This document shows positions 1 through 12,975 of a stretch of 64,000 bases of DNA, one piece after another. Numbering within the stretch: the stretch's first letter is position 1; each line of letters starts with the position of its first letter. Origin of the DNA: Octopus sinensis. Its lineage: Eukaryota. Under the pieces are notes generated by a model, which was not told where the DNA came from, ran no database searches, and saw nothing but the letters and a program-made list of their open reading frames with translations. Made by a program: the position numbers and the translations under genes. Location of the stretch: the NCBI RefSeq assembly GCF_006345805.1, contig NC_042998.1:61132001-61196000 (forward strand), in the 5' to 3' direction.

Positions 1-514
1 TAGGATCGAACTTGGAAGTGTAATGTTTCTAAGTGACATCTGTTATGTTTTAACAATCCAGTATGGCGATCAAAGATTAATATCCTAGGCAGAATATGAA
101 ATCAGATCTCAAAGGGTCGTAACTAAATTGTTACTGAAGGCATACTGCCTGACACGCACCTCATTGGGCTATATACCGTCCTTATCGTATAATGATAGGT
201 CAAGAGACTTGTTGGAAATTACTGTAAATTAAACATTAATAAACGTTAATGGGATTGAGTTTCGTGAGAATAACACGACTTCTAAAACAATTGCTAAAAG
301 TAAGAATCGGTACAACCATTGTGTCCTGAGAGATTATTACTATTAATATAAACTAATGTAAATATATGTCACTGCATTGCGTCGGCTCAGTTATATCAGT
401 CAATGAAAATCATTGTGATGCGGCGGCTATTTGTTGGAAAGTAGATACTGTACAGCATAAATGCAAACACTTATAAAACACAGGAAGAAGTTTATTCAAG
501 TGAGTATAGGCGTA

Positions 515-760
<246 letters not shown>

Positions 761-998
761 AGACAGGGAAAGGGGCAGATAAAGAGAGTAATGGTGAAAC
801 AAAGAGATAGAGAAAAGAATAAGACAGATTGATTAGATATATTAATAAACAAAACCATTCTCTCTTTCTCCCTCTTATCTCTCCATGTGTGTGTGTATGT
901 GTGTGTTTGTTAGGCTGTCTGTTTGTCTGTCTGTCTGTATGTATGTATGTTATGTATGTTGTATGTATGTATGTATTATGTATGTATGTATGTACATA

Positions 999-1245
999 TA
1001 CGTGGGTGGGCTAAAAAGTTCCTGGCTTTAAGAGTATTGCGAAAGGGTGGAACTGTTACTTTTATAAGGAAGGTTGGACAAAAATTTAAAAGATATGCAA
1101 ACAATCATGATGGTACTACAATATATCTTTGTCTCTTTTTTTCAAATTTAATGCATGATGGATTTTGTGGTGGATTTTGGTAAGATTGAAGCACGGGCGG
1201 TCATGAAGTTCCAGGATAACATATGCAAGACACAAAAAAAAATTT
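999..1245 (+). mobile_element. Mariner-type DNA transposon 5' remnant (TIR plus transposase start)
   Basis: TIR-like tacgtgggtgggctaaaaagttcctggcttt matches related ends at 11905-11934 and 39582. Downstream KIEARAVMKF resembles a mariner transposase N-terminus. Confidence 0.55.
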
Positions 1246-1271
1246 AAAGAAAAAATGTAGCGATCGAGAAG

Positions 1272-1588
1272 GTGAATCTCGGTGACCTTTTTGTGTGCGC
1301 AGTTTGTGACAGACAATGCCTTTGTGGACCCATGAAAAACAAACCTCCAGTAAATATTCTGCCTATATATCTGTGCACACCTTTGAATGCCGTGTATGCT
1401 GTAAGGACTGCAAATCTAACGGAAGCTTCAAAAGACATTTTAAGATCCACAAAGGTCAGAACTTAACTGCAGCTCTTGGTGGTCCAAATCGGATGTGTGT
1501 GTGTCTTTTCAATACACTGTCTGGTTTAAAAAGTCACATCAGACTCCATGATGGATCTAAGTGTAGTACAAGAGGTGGGCAGATTCTG
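1272..1588 (+). pseudogene. Degenerate triple C2H2 zinc-finger segment, probably the 3' end of a LINE ORF2 (RTE-like) with an (ATAC)n tail
   Basis: FVCAVCDRQC(frameshift)LWTHEK, FECRVCCKDCKSNGSFKRHFKIH and CVCLFNTLSGLKSHIRLH. No splice sites are evident, and an (ATAC)n run follows directly. Confidence 0.55.
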
Positions 1589-1608
1589 CATAAGGAGTAG
1601 ACAACCAC

Positions 1609-1655
<47 letters not shown>

Positions 1656-3900
1656 CACGGGAACGTGAAACTCCGAGTAACAGCTTTTGTTGGATTTCTG
1701 CTGCTTTTAAATAAAGTATATATATATATCAATATATATATGCGCGCGCGCGTGCTTTTGAATTATGTGTGTGTATGCGTCTTTCTACTAGTCCCCACGT
1801 CACTTGACAACTGGGGTTGGTTTGTTTAACTTAAGCTCTTGCGTGTAGTACCTGAAGCATGGCTGCAGTCCATCCCCTGAAACAAGTAAAAGTAATAATC
1901 TTTTCTTTATTGGCCCCAAGGGCCACAAAAGTAAAGGAAGTAATAAAAATAAAAATGCATATAACAAAATACCGCAAGGTTTTAACTCCGTCGCCTTGTT
2001 TACTTCAATCCTCCGTCCTTTCAAAAGTAAACGTTAAAAGGTCAACTCAAAAGGAAAATATAATATTTCACAGTTTTATAATCTATAACAGCTCTACCCA
2101 TTCATCCAGCGATTTATCTGCCGCATTACTTAATCATCTTGTTTTTTTCATAGCCAACAGAAGCTCACTCTCTCTCATCTTCCGCATTACTCGAATTTCA
2201 TGTAATAACATAATCCACAATTCCTCATTGATTTGCTGACTTATTCAAATATCTTATGACTACATTGAACTCACCACTGACATATAGTGCTGCTCAAATA
2301 TCTACTGGCCGCGCAGTTTATTCTATCTGCTAGCTTGCCAAATATCAATAGTTCTTCAGTTTATTGTATTTGAATATAATGAATAACTTAATTTTTTCCA
2401 CTAATAATCTTTCCTCTATTTTATCTTGAGATTAAATGATAGTCTTTGGCAAAATAAGTTCTGTTAATCGCAAGTTTAAACGGTTAATTGGTAAATTATT
2501 ATTTTGCTTATCATTTAGTTTTTTTATAATTTTCTTTTTGCATTTCATCAGGGATGAGATTATCAAAAGTATTTACTAACTCGGATTTTTGTTAATATAA
2601 TTCAAGCTGGAAATTTGTTTCAAAAATTCTACAGATCATTGCCTAATTCTTATTCTATACTTTTGTAATAATAATTATATTCTTCAAAATGATTTTTATT
2701 AAATTTTTATGAAAATATCATAGACATTTCTGAGGCAAAGAATTTTTTCAAGGGAGTTTTCGGGTACTTGCCAATGCATTGTCATATTCCGTTCTTATAC
2801 AAAGGCAGGAAGAAAAATGTAATTATGTCTGACTCAGAACCATGAGTCATTAATGTCTGAGTTTATTAGTAACATTTGCGAGATTAAAAAGCTTTCGTAT
2901 AATGACACCACGAGTATTCAGCATCATTATGTCTCTCGTAACACTTCATTTACTCGTGTCATTGTAAGTTAATGACGCTTAGCTATGTTAGTGTAAAAAA
3001 TTAAATTGCTAAACCTGTTTCCTATTCCTTAGAGACTTTAGGGTAATAAAATAAATTGACAAAGCGGTTTCTTCTTTTCTATGCCAGGGACATGTTAGAG
3101 TGCAAAACTTAAATTAGTAAATTTCCCGAAGCAATTTTCATTCTTAAGAATAAATTAACAAAACTTTTCTTATATATGCTACTATAACCGTTTTCTTCCA
3201 ATATGAGATTACATTATTGCAAATAGTAAAAAAAAAGTGTTTGTTTAGTTTATTATTATAGCTTTTTTTTTTAATATCTCACGGAAAATTAATCTAAAAG
3301 TCCGATATAAAATTAGTTTCATACGAAACTTTTACAACCAACTGAAAAAGCAGTATACTGCTAGATTTTAAACATGACAGCTTTACCTTCGAGAACAAAG
3401 TTCCGATATGACAAAAACTGTTAATATAGAAATAATAAACGAAGAAACTCTCCGATATCCATTACTTTAAATATGAATACTCTCTTCCCACATAGATATT
3501 GCCGTTTGTTGTTAGACTTGTTTAGTTTGACAGTAATACTTCGCAACTCCTTGGTATTCATTGAAGAACAAAAGAACGCGGGGATATAGATAATAAAAAT
3601 ATCAATTTTCTTGTCTCCAGTTCGCCTTACTGTTGAGGGATTGCTCTGTGTATTACGGGTAACAATGGTGGATGTGAATATGTTACCTTCGCCATATATA
3701 CGCCGACAAATAGAACAAAACCAAGGAAAAGGGTATTCTTATCGAATTCCATTTTTAATGACTAAAGATAAAAACTTGTTTTCTTTTTTTTTTTCCATTT
3801 CTTACCAAATAGCATTTTATAGACCGAAATACACTTAACTCAGGCAAACAAAGAAAAACGCAAACATACGTTTATATACATACAGATACAGAGACACGGA

Positions 3901-3943
<43 letters not shown>

Positions 3944-4120
3944 ACAATATAATATATACGTAGAAGAGAACATATATATATATACATACGTACATATATA
4001 TATATACATACATATAAATAGATATATATATAAATGTATGTATGTATACATATATAATCATATATTAGCAAATATTTCTACATATATAGATACATATACA
4101 TATGAGTGCATGTTTGTATT

Positions 4121-4128
<8 letters not shown>

Positions 4129-4170
<42 letters not shown>

Positions 4171-4186
4171 GTGGGGAGAGAGAGAA
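4129..4186. repeat. (GA)n microsatellite
   Basis: Directly visible. Confidence 0.95.
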
Positions 4187-5492
4187 GATACTTATCAGCT
4201 GAATGTCTTTACATTTAAAGTTTTACTCTTTTTCTCTTATTTACTGCAATGCAGCTTTAATCTAAAAATGTTTCTCTAAATAGGTTTCTTATCGATCTTC
4301 GTCCTCAGTTATCAACAGTTTTCTGGTTGTCTCAGAGATTTTTGTGTCACGGAATTGGTCAAGAGTCTTTGAAATGAATGAACAAAGCCCTCCTTTATAT
4401 ATCTTTTGTTAATGCCATAATTTTGTTGCTTAAATATCTATTAAATGGTAAATAATATTTCAGGAATACACACCACGCAGATGGCGAAGTCTGTAGAGTG
4501 CTGCTCTATCGTATAAAGAGTTGATGCGTCTTACCTAACTGCTGCTGTTCCACTGTGTTCCTGATAAAGGCACTTAGCATTTACTGACTTAGTTTATCAA
4601 TTTGGAGATGATTGAATAAATAAATGAATATTTTCAGTCTGATGCGTGAGGGTAGGGACATGTACAGATATGCATGCATACATACATACATACATACAGA
4701 CATACATACATACACATACATACATACATACATACATACATACATACATACAAGAGAAGTACTATTAGATAAAAATAGTTATCTGTGTATCATACTGAAT
4801 GCAGCTACATCGCAAAAAGGGAAATTAACTGCCGTATTCGTCCGGATATAATATCTTTGATGGACATATCGTGTTCAAAGACACAAAAGCATACCAGCAG
4901 CAGATGAAAATCGTCCAGCAGCAACGGTGAGAAAGCTAGTTGCACATTTCTGCCTCTTTGGTCTTTATCAGAAGCATGTACTCGCTGTCAAAGACAAAAT
5001 CCATCATTACTGATACAGGAAAACAGTGATTGAAAAATCACTGATATTGCCATTCGCAGCCCAGTTGATTAAACATCCGTTATATGCAACAAAAGCAATA
5101 ATAGTTTAAAATGGCCTTTTTGCAGTTTATATACGTATGATACAGATAAGTATTTTAATGTAATGGTGTTTCTGGTGCATATAACGTATTTTTATTCAAC
5201 AGACGGCTAGTCGCAACATCAGTGATTTTTCAGTCACTGTTTTCCTATATCAGTAGTGACAGATTTTGTCTTACATGTCTTACACAAGTATTCTCAAGCA
5301 CAGGGCGAAAAATATTTTAATGTAATAACATAAATATTCAAATTTATTTTCCTTTATTTTATTTCATTTCATTCTATCATATTTAATTTCCTTGGAAAAT
5401 TCGAAGACTTTCTACACCTATATATCAATAAACCAAGAAACAATTCCATCATTTCTTCTAACCTCTAGCCTAATCATTGTTATTATTATTAT

Positions 5493-5508
5493 ACACACAC
5501 ACACACAC

Positions 5509-5583
<75 letters not shown>
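5493..5583. repeat. (CA)n microsatellite
   Basis: Directly visible. Confidence 0.95.
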
Positions 5584-5586
<3 letters not shown>

Positions 5587-6394
5587 ACATACACACATGC
5601 TTTCTTCGAGATGAATTGTGTTGGTAGGTCCCGAATTCCCTTTTGATCCGACATCAACTGTCGAAGTCCACTCCCTTGGCTTCGCTACGTTAATTTAATC
5701 CGATCTTTTGACAGATGTTATTATTGTTGTTGTTGTTGTGCCGGATCCCTAGCAACCCACTTCACTAAACAAACCTATCAAGGGAGACAATTAGGTACTC
5801 GACGACTTGATGTGACCGTCCGAGACAGTTTGTTAATGAATACATGCTACCAGTACCATCCGTGAGCGGTAAATTAGTGAGTATCACTTTAAACAGGAAG
5901 GAAAACAACCCATAACCGCTGATATTTTTCTCTCTTTAATGTATAAATCTGAGCTAATAGGGTACTTTCTGTTACTGCTAGCATACTGGGTGTCACTCGA
6001 CCTACAAGAAACAGCAGCCAAATAGCTAGCAAATCAGAACTACCTCAGGAAAAAGAATACTAGTCAATGACAGAAATATTTTGATTATTTTAAAATTACA
6101 ATGCAGTCTAGGCTTAGCTAAAGACGTCTAAAGCAACAAAAATATGTCCAGAGTTGTCTCCCGTCCATACCGGACGAATTAAAATAAGTGACATTGAGTG
6201 ACATTGTCTTTTCCTCGTTCTATAATTATGTCCAGTTGTATCTAGGGACAGTCATTAGGCCAATATTAGTAATACACGCATCGGTTCAATTCCACTCCTT
6301 TGTTATCAGTCAACTGGTTAAATACCTACCCAACTAACTAATCGATCGTTTGCTTTTTCTTTTCTTTTCCTTTGTTCCAGTCATTAGATAATGA

Positions 6395-6800
6395 CTAGAA
6401 TAAGCCTGGTACTTATTTTATCGACTTTATTTGCCGAAGTACTGAGTTATGAGGACGTAAGCATGTCAACACCAGTTATCAACAATCGTGGGAGACACAG
6501 ACACAAGGACACACACACCAATATATATATATGTGTGTGTGTGTGTTTATATATATATAAATAAATATATATACATACATACATATATATATATACATAT
6601 ACACATATATATATATATATTGAGAGGGCGAGAGAGACACACACACAAACATATATATATATATATATATACAACGGGCTTCTTTCAGTTTCCGTCTACC
6701 AAATCACTCACAAGATACTTGCCCAAGGTGCCACGCAGGGAGACTAAACCTGGAACCATATGGTTGGGAGATAAACTTCTTATCACACAGTCACCCAATT
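6395..6800 (-). mobile_element. tRNA-derived CORE-like SINE family A, degenerate copy
   Basis: Reverse complement of the family seen at 10913-11323 (ttgcccaaggtgcc, tttcagtttccgtctaccaaat). Confidence 0.75.
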
Positions 6801-7375
6801 GACTGATAATAAAAGAGTGGATTTGAACTGGTGCGTGTGTTACTAAGATTGTCATAATGAGCCTCCCTAGACACAACAAGATGTGTTTGAAAACACGAAT
6901 TCACATAAAGTATCTTGCAAAAACCAAGTAATTATTTCTATATCACCGTTTAGTACTTCTTGTATGGTAACACTAATTGTTTGTCTATGGAACGAACCAA
7001 CGTGTCTCCCTGAAAAATAAAGAAACAAATGCTTTATAAAGTATTTTTATAATAAACCCACAGAGTAAAGTTTGTAGGAAGCTTTTTAAGATTTATGGGT
7101 TGATTTTGATTCGTTGTGTTTTCCTTTCGGATTGGAGGGGTTGTTATATTTTGTTTGATTTTCTTTTGTTTTGTTTATATGTTCTTTGCTCGTTTTTTTT
7201 TTCATTTCATTTCAAGCTTTAATGGTTATATAATATGATCGATAAAGGGTGGGGTTAAATGGTTAGATGCGAAATATAAACGTACATACTAAGTGTAAGT
7301 CCTGTTATGGTCTGATCATTTCTCAAGTGTAATACGAAAGGAAAAAAAAGAACTTATGAATCCATTAAAGACACC

Positions 7376-7675
7376 ATCGATAATGTTGGTAATGTTGACG
7401 ATAGGTAGTGGTGGTGGTGGTGGTGGAAGTAGGGGGAGGAGGAGATGAAGAAGAAGAAGAAGAAGAAAAAAAAAAGAAGAAGAAGATGGATGCTGTTACT
7501 ATCGTACATAGCGGCGGTAGAGGTGGTGATCGTGCTGCTGCTGTTGACAGCACTATGGATGATGGTGATAGTGATGGTGATGGTGATGTGTTTTCTTCTT
7601 CTTCTTCTTCTTCTTCTTCTTCTTCTTCTTCTTCTTCTTCTTCTTCTTCTTCTTCTTCTTCTTCTTCTTCTTCCA
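7376..7675. repeat. Compound trinucleotide repeat (GGT/GAA/GAT/TTC)
   Basis: Directly visible; it accounts for the low-complexity ORFs at 7365-7708. Confidence 0.9.
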
Positions 7676-7959
7676 ATCAGGGCTCACGCCATTAGCCACA
7701 AAGATTAATCTCTAATTCGAGCCTACTCTAAGCTACTAAGAATGCGTGAGGCAACTTGAAGATCCACCCACCACACGCGATAGACTGGTGGTTGCACAGG
7801 CGCGAAAGCTACGTTGTTATCCTCATCCTTTAAACGGTGGCTTTTAACGGGTGGAGAGCTGAGCCATCCTGGGGTACAGAGGATTCGCAATCTAAACTAG
7901 GGTCTGAAAGTTTACCACACCATAGTGGGTTACACCAAGGTTCTTCTGCTTTGTGGCAG

Positions 7960-8140
7960 AAGTAGTAAGAAAGAGTGAGAGAAAGTTGTGGTGAAAGAAT
8001 ACAAGGGGGATCACCACCCCTCCCCGCCGGAGCCTCGTGGAGCTTAGGTGTTTTTGCTCAATAAACACTCACAATGCCCGGTCTGGGAATCGAAACCGTG
8101 TTCTTACGACCGCGAGTCCGCTGCCCATTGCGCCTCCGCA
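7960..8140 (-). mobile_element. tRNA-derived SINE family B, partial
   Basis: Matches the head of the copies at 16741-17119 and 37151-37533. Confidence 0.8.
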
Positions 8141-8361
8141 TGTGTTGTTACTGCTGCTCTTGGGTTGTTGTTGTTGTTGTTGTTGTTGTTGCTGCTGCTG
8201 CTGCTGGCCATGGGAATGGTAGTGATGTTTGTTTTGGTTCTGCTAGGATTTGGTGGTCTCTCAAAGCTGTCAATGATAGATGCTCAATCCATTACTATCC
8301 ATACATTTTTGAATATCAAAGACTACTTAAGTCCAAGTACTCTTCGTATTTTAATAGATGA

Positions 8362-8850
8362 TACGAGGTGGTATCAAAAAGTTCCAGAGCGAGTTCTGTA
8401 GCACATCACTTGATGGCAGCACACAGTTGTGTGTACGATGACAGCTAGCAGTGACCTTCTTGACGCAGTGTGCCAAGTGACATTACTGTATTTACTTCGC
8501 AAGTCGTGAAATTTGTGCTTTTGTGATCACGTGTGTTTTGTCTACGATTTTGTTATTGACAGGAACAAAGAGCCACTGGGAAGTCTGCTACAGAAACGTT
8601 GAGCATGCTTCGACAGGCTTACGGCGACGAGGCATTGGGTCGTATGCAATGTTTCGAGTGGCATGGGCGCTTCAAAAGAGATCTGGGAGACTTGCCACGA
8701 GCGTCAACCCCGGAAGTGTGGTATTGTACATCGAGAATTCGCCCCCTAGGGCCAGACCGTCAATCGAGAGTTTTGCTGCGACTTTTTGAAGAGGACATTC
8801 TGCGAAAGCAGCTGGATCTGTGGCGCGCGAAGAATTGGAGTATGCTCTCT
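8362..8850 (+). mobile_element. Internally deleted mariner transposon
   Basis: TIR-like tacgaggtggtatcaaaaagttcc. HTH-region peptide MLRQAYGDEALGRMQCFEWHGRFKR is joined to catalytic-region peptide TVNREF...RKQLDLWRAKNW. Confidence 0.8.
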
Positions 8851-8929
8851 TTCCGCATGAGTTTCTCGCCAAAAATACATGGTATTGCTTTCGCAGAATG
8901 TTCTCTTCAAAAAGTCGCAGTAAGACTCT

Positions 8930-9480
8930 GATTTTCATTCAAAGCGTTTGGTACCCATTTGTCGAGCTGTTTTGATTTTCCGATCGCAGGCAAATGGCTG
9001 CAGGCAGTTTTCTGGTTAACTTGAAGTTTTTTTGCCAGTTCTCGAGTGGTTTTACGTTGTTCTTTTTCATGACGGTCTTTAATTGACTGTCATTGATGAC
9101 AGATAGGCATCCACTACGCTCACGATCTTCAAGGCTCAGATCTCCACTGCGCTTAAACTATTTTCGAGATGACCACTCATTGGTCATTTCCTCAACAAAC
9201 GTTTCGTTGATATCGCGAGTAGTTTCAGCTGCTCTACAGTCTTTTCTGAAGTTGAATAGCAACATTGCTCGAATATCGCGCTTTGACAGCTCCATTTCAG
9301 ATGATTGTAACAACGGTGAAAAAATATCAATGTTAATTTATTGATGCTTTTGAGAAAGTCTATGTCTATATTATTAGACAATTACAAAAGAATTTTTTTT
9401 TTTAAATTCAAAACTCTGCAAAAATCCGGTACAAATTCTTCATGGTTCAAAACGTTGCTTACTTTTTACTCAACCTGATA
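8930..9480 (-). mobile_element. Mariner transposon 5' part (Hsmar/Mos-like)
   Basis: Minus-strand TIR tatcaggttgagtaaaaagtaagc. Manual translation from 9295 gives MELSKRDIRAMLLFNF...SGDLSLEDRERSG...KQLDKWVP with disablements. Confidence 0.8.
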
Positions 9481-9489
9481 TATGTATAT

Positions 9490-9655
9490 ATGACGGGCTT
9501 TTTCAGTTTCCGTCTACCAAATCCACTCACAAGTCTTTGGTTGGTCCGTGGCTATAATACAAAATACTTGCCCAAGGAGCCACGCAGTGGGTCTGAACCC
9601 AAAATCATATAGTTGGAAAGCAAGTATCTTAAAACAAAGCCACGACTGCGCCTGT
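9490..9655 (-). mobile_element. SINE family A head
   Basis: Reverse complement of the 10913 family head. Confidence 0.8.
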
Positions 9656-9686
<31 letters not shown>

Positions 9687-10786
9687 CGTAAGTGCGCGTG
9701 CGTTCGTAAGTGCGCGTGCGTGCGCGTGCGCGTGCGTGCGCGAGCGCGCGCGTGTGTGTGTGAAACGCACCCTAATTCAAACTGCATGAAGCAGGACAAC
9801 TACGCTAACTTTAGGTGCAAGTTGTGAGTTGTGGGCGTAGTAATGTATTACATAAATGATGCACTGCAAACGCTTAAAACGGGTAAATATATCTTATGTA
9901 GTTTCGATGACATACTGTGTCAAGATAAATAAAATCTCATCACTGCAAATATCAAATAAAATCCCATCATTCCTAGATGGGATTGAAGATGAGCTATCTC
10001 ACCTGTCCATGACACTAAGGTGTTTCTACACTCGGTGCTCGCGCCAATAGCAGCTTATCGGCAAATAGTTGCAGTTTGTGTGTTAAGTATATGTAGTCGA
10101 TAATGTTTATTACGCTACTGCTGTTTTTATTTCATCTTTGAATTTATTCTTATGTATATATTGTCCGGGCATATGGTCTGCATGTCATAAGCATATAAGT
10201 CGGGGACTGGTGAAATAATTCATCTCCGATTCTGTTGGGTACGTGATATTGACAAGTCGCAAAATGGTGAAACATCGATGTCCATCACTCCTAGATGTGA
10301 TTAAAGGTGAGTAATTTTGCCTGTCCATAACTCTAAGGTGTTTTTACACCCGACACTTTGAGAGAGTATTCTCTCCCACACCAAAAGCAGCCTGCCGGCA
10401 AATACACGTATGTATTCATGTTGTTGAACATACTTCTTCTCTGCGTTTTTTCGTTCTCTCTCCAGTTTTTTTTTCCTCTCAATCCTTTCTGTCGAAAAGC
10501 GTAGACTAGAATCGTCATAGACTTTTCCATTCTTCCCGAGCGAACGTCAAAACAACTGTCTGTTGTTCCTTCATCGGTCTTCGTCTTTTGTTTTCTGTTA
10601 ATTTGAACTATATATATATATATTATATATATATATATATATATAAAATTATAATTTAGGGTATCTACGAGATACCGCCACGCTGAAATAGCAACCAAAA
10701 TATGACTCTAAAACTACATTAAATGTTCATACAGCACAAGGAGAGAAGACAAAAAGACAAAATAACTAGCAAAAAATTACTGGATA

Positions 10787-10844
10787 ATTCAAGATCCCGG
10801 ATTTCTGACTTTGCATAAGAAATGCTTAGCCTCTTCAGTGGAAT
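10787..10844 (-). ncRNA. Minimal type-I hammerhead-ribozyme-like motif (degenerate)
   Basis: Minus strand reads attcca CTGAAGA ggct..gcat/atgc..agtc a GAAA tccggga TC ttgaat. Stems I and II and a near-palindromic stem III can be paired by eye, with one mismatch in stem I and one extra A before GAAA. Confidence 0.5.
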
Positions 10845-10861
10845 ATCCTTATTTATATAAA

Positions 10862-10909
<48 letters not shown>

Positions 10910-10912
10910 ATA

Positions 10913-11043
10913 TCGCAGGAGCGGTTGTGTGGTAAGTAACTTGCTTACCAGCCACCTGGTCCGTGTTCAGTCCACTGCGTGGAATCTTGGGCAAGTGTCT
11001 TCTTCTATAGCCCAGGGCCGACCAATGCCTTTTGACTGTCGTA

Positions 11044-11089
<46 letters not shown>

Positions 11090-11323
11090 TGTGTGTGTAT
11101 ATGTTTGTGTGTCTGTGTTTGTCCCCCTAGCATTGCTTGACAACCGATGCTGGTATGTTTACGTCCCCGTCACTTAGCGGTTCGGCAAAAAAAACCGATA
11201 GAATAAGTACTGGGCTTACAAAAATAAGTCCCGGGGTCGATTTGCTCGACTAAAGGCGGTACTCCAGCATGGCCGCAGTCAAATCACTGAAACAAGTAAA
11301 AGAGTAAAAGAGAGTAAAAGAGT
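10913..11323 (+). mobile_element. Full-length SINE family A (tRNA head, CORE-like cttgggcaagtgtctt, internal microsatellite, gtaaaaga tail)
   Basis: At least 12 related copies in the window; MIR/CORE-like motif. Confidence 0.85.
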
Positions 11324-11339
11324 ATATATATATATTAAT

Positions 11340-11387
<48 letters not shown>

Positions 11388-11796
11388 TTAAAAACGTGTT
11401 AACTCTGAAATGTTTACTAAAATGTATTACAATATTTAATACAAATATTTTTTACGTGATATAATCCATACTTTCAATTTATACTTGAGAATTGCATAGG
11501 CGGTTTAAATGTATCCATGATTATATTGGTCTACTGGCAGAATAATAAGCTGTTACTCCAAAGACTATCATTTTCTATTCTTTCTGGCGTTTTATCGATA
11601 ATCGTTATGATTATTACTTTCTTACTGACTAATAATGATAACATACGAATCTACCAACTTAAGTATTCTATTTCATATTTTTATGTAATGTAATAATTAC
11701 AGCTTTTCATTTGGTGATTAATATAGAGTGCTGTTATCTATGTAGTTATGGTGACTTGGAAAACTGCTTTTGTAATAAATTACCTATTCTAGTAAC

Positions 11797-11834
<38 letters not shown>

Positions 11835-11934
11835 CAGCTTCTCTAAGCCCTATATAAGAACTCAGATGGTAAGACCTCCAACCAGGCCTTTTCGCGACAC
11901 TCTTAAAGCCAGGAACTTTTCAGCGCCCCCTCGT
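11835..11934 (-). mobile_element. Mariner-type terminus
   Basis: aaagccaggaacttttcagcgccccctcgta is the inverted counterpart of the ends at 999 and 39582. Confidence 0.6.
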
Positions 11935-12755
11935 ATATGTTTTACTTATTTGTTTAAGTAATGTACTGAATAATCTATCGTTGATATCGTCGTAATTATC
12001 TGGTTGCTTGTATTGTCTGTAGATGCGTATTAGCCTAATAAACAACGTAGTTGTGAATAACGATGTAAATTGGTTATAATGTGTATTTGTCTATACTAAT
12101 ATGACGCCACGGTTTGATGGGGTGGACTAAGTCATTTGTTTTCTGTTTATTGTTATATCTGTTATTATGTAATTCATTATATCTCTCAATGCGTGTTTGG
12201 GGTCGCTTATGGTCTATGTGTATGTGTCTTGTTGAGTGATGTATCTATAACCGGAACCATGGATATAGCTTGGCCTACAATTAGGATAGTAAATATGTAT
12301 TATTCTCTCACACGTGGGTGTTGGTGTTAGTAGTCCAGCAAGATGTCCAGCAACATTTCATCCGTCTTTTACGTTGAGTTCAAGTCCCGCCGAGGTTGAT
12401 TTTGCCTTTCATAAAAAAATATTTAAATACGAATATTATTTTGATAATAATAAAGGGTAAAATCAGAAATGATTTTACCAGGTAGCCAGTGCGGAAAATA
12501 GAAACCTTTTAGGTAAATTTTACAAATTATTTTATAATTATATACATAATTATAACAAGGGGTCAGCTTAATGCATCACCACGCGCTGCTAGAAATAGAC
12601 CTTAAAGTCTTTTTGCTACCTTAAAATCTTATGTGTGTTATTCTCGGAGATTTTGAGGTAGTAAAAAAGACTTTAACGTCTGTTTCTAGCAGCGCAAGGG
12701 GATGCATTAAGCTGAGCCCTTGTTATAATTATGCAAATGATTATAAAATAATTTT

Positions 12756-12788
<33 letters not shown>

Positions 12789-12939
12789 TTATTGCCGACA
12801 GGGGGCTAAACATAGAGGGGACAAACAAGGACAGACAAAGGGATTAAGTCGATTACATCGAACCCAGTGCGTAACTGGTACTTATCTAATCGACCCCAAA
12901 ATGATGAAAGGCAAAAGTATTTCGCGCGGCGTGCTAACG

Positions 12940-12975
<36 letters not shown>

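Noticed and set aside
829-1183. ORFs made of YVCM/CVCV repeats (also at 3835, 5392, 6447, 13787, 14229, 19060, 35747, 38532 and others)
   Set aside because: These are translations of microsatellites, not proteins.
7365-7708. Poly-E, poly-S and poly-L ORFs
   Set aside because: Trinucleotide repeats are open in several frames on both strands; there are no splice or homology clues.
10264-10312. Apparent first exon MVKHRCPSLLDVIK|gtgagt
   Set aside because: The donor lies within one copy of a diverged direct repeat, and no downstream exon was found.
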